Shown one piece after another: positions 61,777 through 64,000 of a stretch of 64,000 bases of DNA; the first letter of the stretch is position 1, and each line of letters starts with the position of its first letter. The notes below the pieces were generated by a model, which worked only from the letters and a program-made list of their open reading frames with translations, ran no database searches and was not told the DNA's origin. Position numbers and translations under genes: made by a program. Source of the DNA: Malacoraja senta. Lineage: Eukaryota. The stretch lies in the NCBI GenBank assembly GCA_038087875.1, contig CM075997.1, forward strand, positions 8,930,001-8,994,000, read 5' to 3'.

Positions 61777-62896
61777 TCTTCATTTTGCAGGGTACATTAT
61801 CCCGTATCGTACATTTTGAATTCCTTTCAGGATCTGTCTTGTCTTTGTGAACAGATCCCATTTTTTAGCTATTTCTGCTGGGTAATCTCTGAAAGATCTG
61901 AGATTGTCCTCTTCAAACATCGGATTCGTTCCAAAAGGAATTTTTCTCATAATGTCTTCCAGAACAGAAATGTCATGAAATTTCACTATGATCTGTCTCG
62001 GAGGGGGCTCCTAGCCTTGATTGAGCTCTTCGCACTCGATGTGGCACATCTATTTTCGGTTTATCAGGCAGCTTGAATACTTGTTTAAGTAAGTTGGCAG
62101 CGAACTCCCGGGAGTCCTTTCCAGTTCCCCCCCCCCCCCTCTCTTACTCCAACTATTCTTAAATTCTGCCTTCTTGATCGTGCTTCCAGATCAATGCATT
62201 TGTCAGTCATTTTGGCCAGTTGCCCCGAGACACGCTCTTGATCTTTCCTCATTCTCTTCAACTCTTCCGACATTTCCTTCATCGCAGTTTCCATATCTTT
62301 CATAGCATTGCTATATGCTGTAGTGGTATGGAGAACAGATTCCAACTCATTACTGCAATCTTTCTCAACCCGTTTGATTTATGCACTTAAATCCTCCTCA
62401 ACATCATCAATACGTTTACTTAGAACATTAATTGAATTAATGATTTCCTTATTTCCAAGCTTCATGCTTTTAGACAAACTTTTATCAAGTGTAGAAATCT
62501 CGTCGTGTAGCATATTAGCAAAGTCTTTAGATACTGAGGCTCTTACCGATTGCTCCATTTGTTCCATCTGTCGCCATTTCACTGGCTAATCTTTGAGCTT
62601 CAGCTTCTTCTTCGGAACTTTCTGATGTTGTTTGCAGAGTTTTACCCAGCTCTTTAACACGGAGTCTTGTGGTAGGTCTCTGGGAACGATCACTTTTTTT
62701 GCATTTAAATGTGCCGTTATTCTCCGTTATTTTGCGGCGATTTCTGATGACGTCAGGTTCGCGAAGTCAGGCAGCTCCGGTAAGTAATTTTAAATCGGTC
62801 TCCTCTTCCAAAACGTATTTTAAGCGATTTAACGCATTCAACGGGAGCGGAGCTGAATGCTGCGCCTTATACTGCTTCATGGCGCCACCGGAAGTC

Positions 62897-63929
62897 AAAA
62901 AAATCAACTTTTAAACTAGGAAATTCATCTCTTCTTTCACCAATAGATAATAACCCGTCGTTTAAGCCATCTATTATAGATAAAACCTTTACTTATTGTG
63001 AAAGACTAGGAATTAAAAAGCTTGGAGATCTCTACGAGATGGGAAATCTCCTGTCATTTCAGAAATTACAGTCGAAATACAGTCTGAAAGGTAATCAATA
63101 TTTTAGATATCTTCAAATTCGAGATTATTTGAAAACATATACCCATGATTATAAAACTCTTCTGCCAGATATATTAGACGAAGGTATGAATAGAACCTCG
63201 GAGTCAAACAATCTAACATCATACTTGTATAATACCCTTATAAATATAGAAATGCCATCGTCAGACGCAATTAGAAGAGAATGGGAAGAGGAACTAGGCC
63301 TAAAATTTTCCAAAGGCAGATGGGAAAAAACGTTTATATATACATAATTGTTCGATTAATGTTAGACACATTTAATCCAATTTAAAACACGGCACAGACA
63401 CTACTACTCAAAGACTACACTGAATAAGATTTTTCTCAAATGTGTCTCCTATTTGTGACAAATGTCTCCTTCAAGAAGCAACTATATCACATTCCTTTGC
63501 CTCTTGCATCAAACTACATAAGTTTTGGAAAGGAATTTTAGAAATGTTCTCAAAAACAGTAATAACAAAACTGGACCCCCATACGGAACTGAGTATTTTC
63601 GGAACAGCAGAAGCCTGCCCTGAGCTAACAATATTCCAGTTAGTCTAACAGCGGTATTGGCGAAACTGCTAGAGTCAGTTATTAAAGATGGGATAGCAGC
63701 ACATTTGGAAAGTGGAGAAATCATTGGACAAAGTCAGCATGGATTTATGAAAGGTAATTCATGTCTGACGAATCTTATAGCATTTTTCGAGGATGTAACT
63801 AGTAGAGTGGATAAGGTAGAACCAGTAGATGTGTTATATCTGGACTTTCAGAAGGTTTTCGACAAGGTCCCACATAAAGAGATTAGTATACAAACTTAAA
63901 ACACACGGTATTGGGGGATCAGTATTGAT
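62897..63929 (+). mobile_element. L1 ORF2 fragment plus CR1 fragment (duplicate of 44896-45928)
   Basis: Colinear with copy A, including the same L1/CR1 junction. Confidence 0.9.
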
Positions 63930-64000
63930 CATGGAAGGTTGGTTAAGAAGATTCAATTGTTGGGTATTAATGGTGGAGTAGCAAGATGGATTCAACAGTG
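63930..64000 (+). mobile_element. CR1 second-subfamily fragment running off the window
   Basis: Near-identical to 9052-9122. Confidence 0.85.

Larger units (their letters stand above)
51717..62896 (-). mobile_element. L1-c copy B, degenerate, with nested DIRS, TIR element and SINE
   Basis: 5' end at 62896; ORF2 ~59230-58532 continuing 53932-51717; SLDAEKAFDQVEW, FGDKPNKLLARQL. Confidence 0.9.

Overview
Eukaryotic DNA made almost entirely of nested transposable elements, with no confidently identifiable host gene. The repertoire and the CR1 (TTCTATGT)n tails suggest a cartilaginous fish; this is an inference. Contents: many CR1 LINEs (one near full length), a Rex1/Babar fragment, four L1 elements retaining their 5' ends (one with intact ORF1 and ORF2 at 32.7-39.0 kb), a full-length Vingi/Ingi-like LINE, two Gypsy remnants, four DIRS elements or fragments, two Harbinger-type DNA transposons, an unclassified 1 kb TIR element, Penelope fragments and a CORE-type tRNA SINE. 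There is a 2.2 kb tandem duplication and a >=6.7 kb segmental duplication. Main findings: (1) a 73-nt HDV-like ribozyme fold, closely resembling the CPEB3 ribozyme, whose predicted cleavage site coincides with the TSD-defined 5' end of the Vingi element; (2) a 17-nt inverted repeat bracketing ORF2 of the intact L1, plus conserved structured blocks in the inter-ORF spacers of three divergent L1 families; (3) several nested insertions whose empty sites rebuild in-frame host ORFs. All alignments and folds were done by eye.
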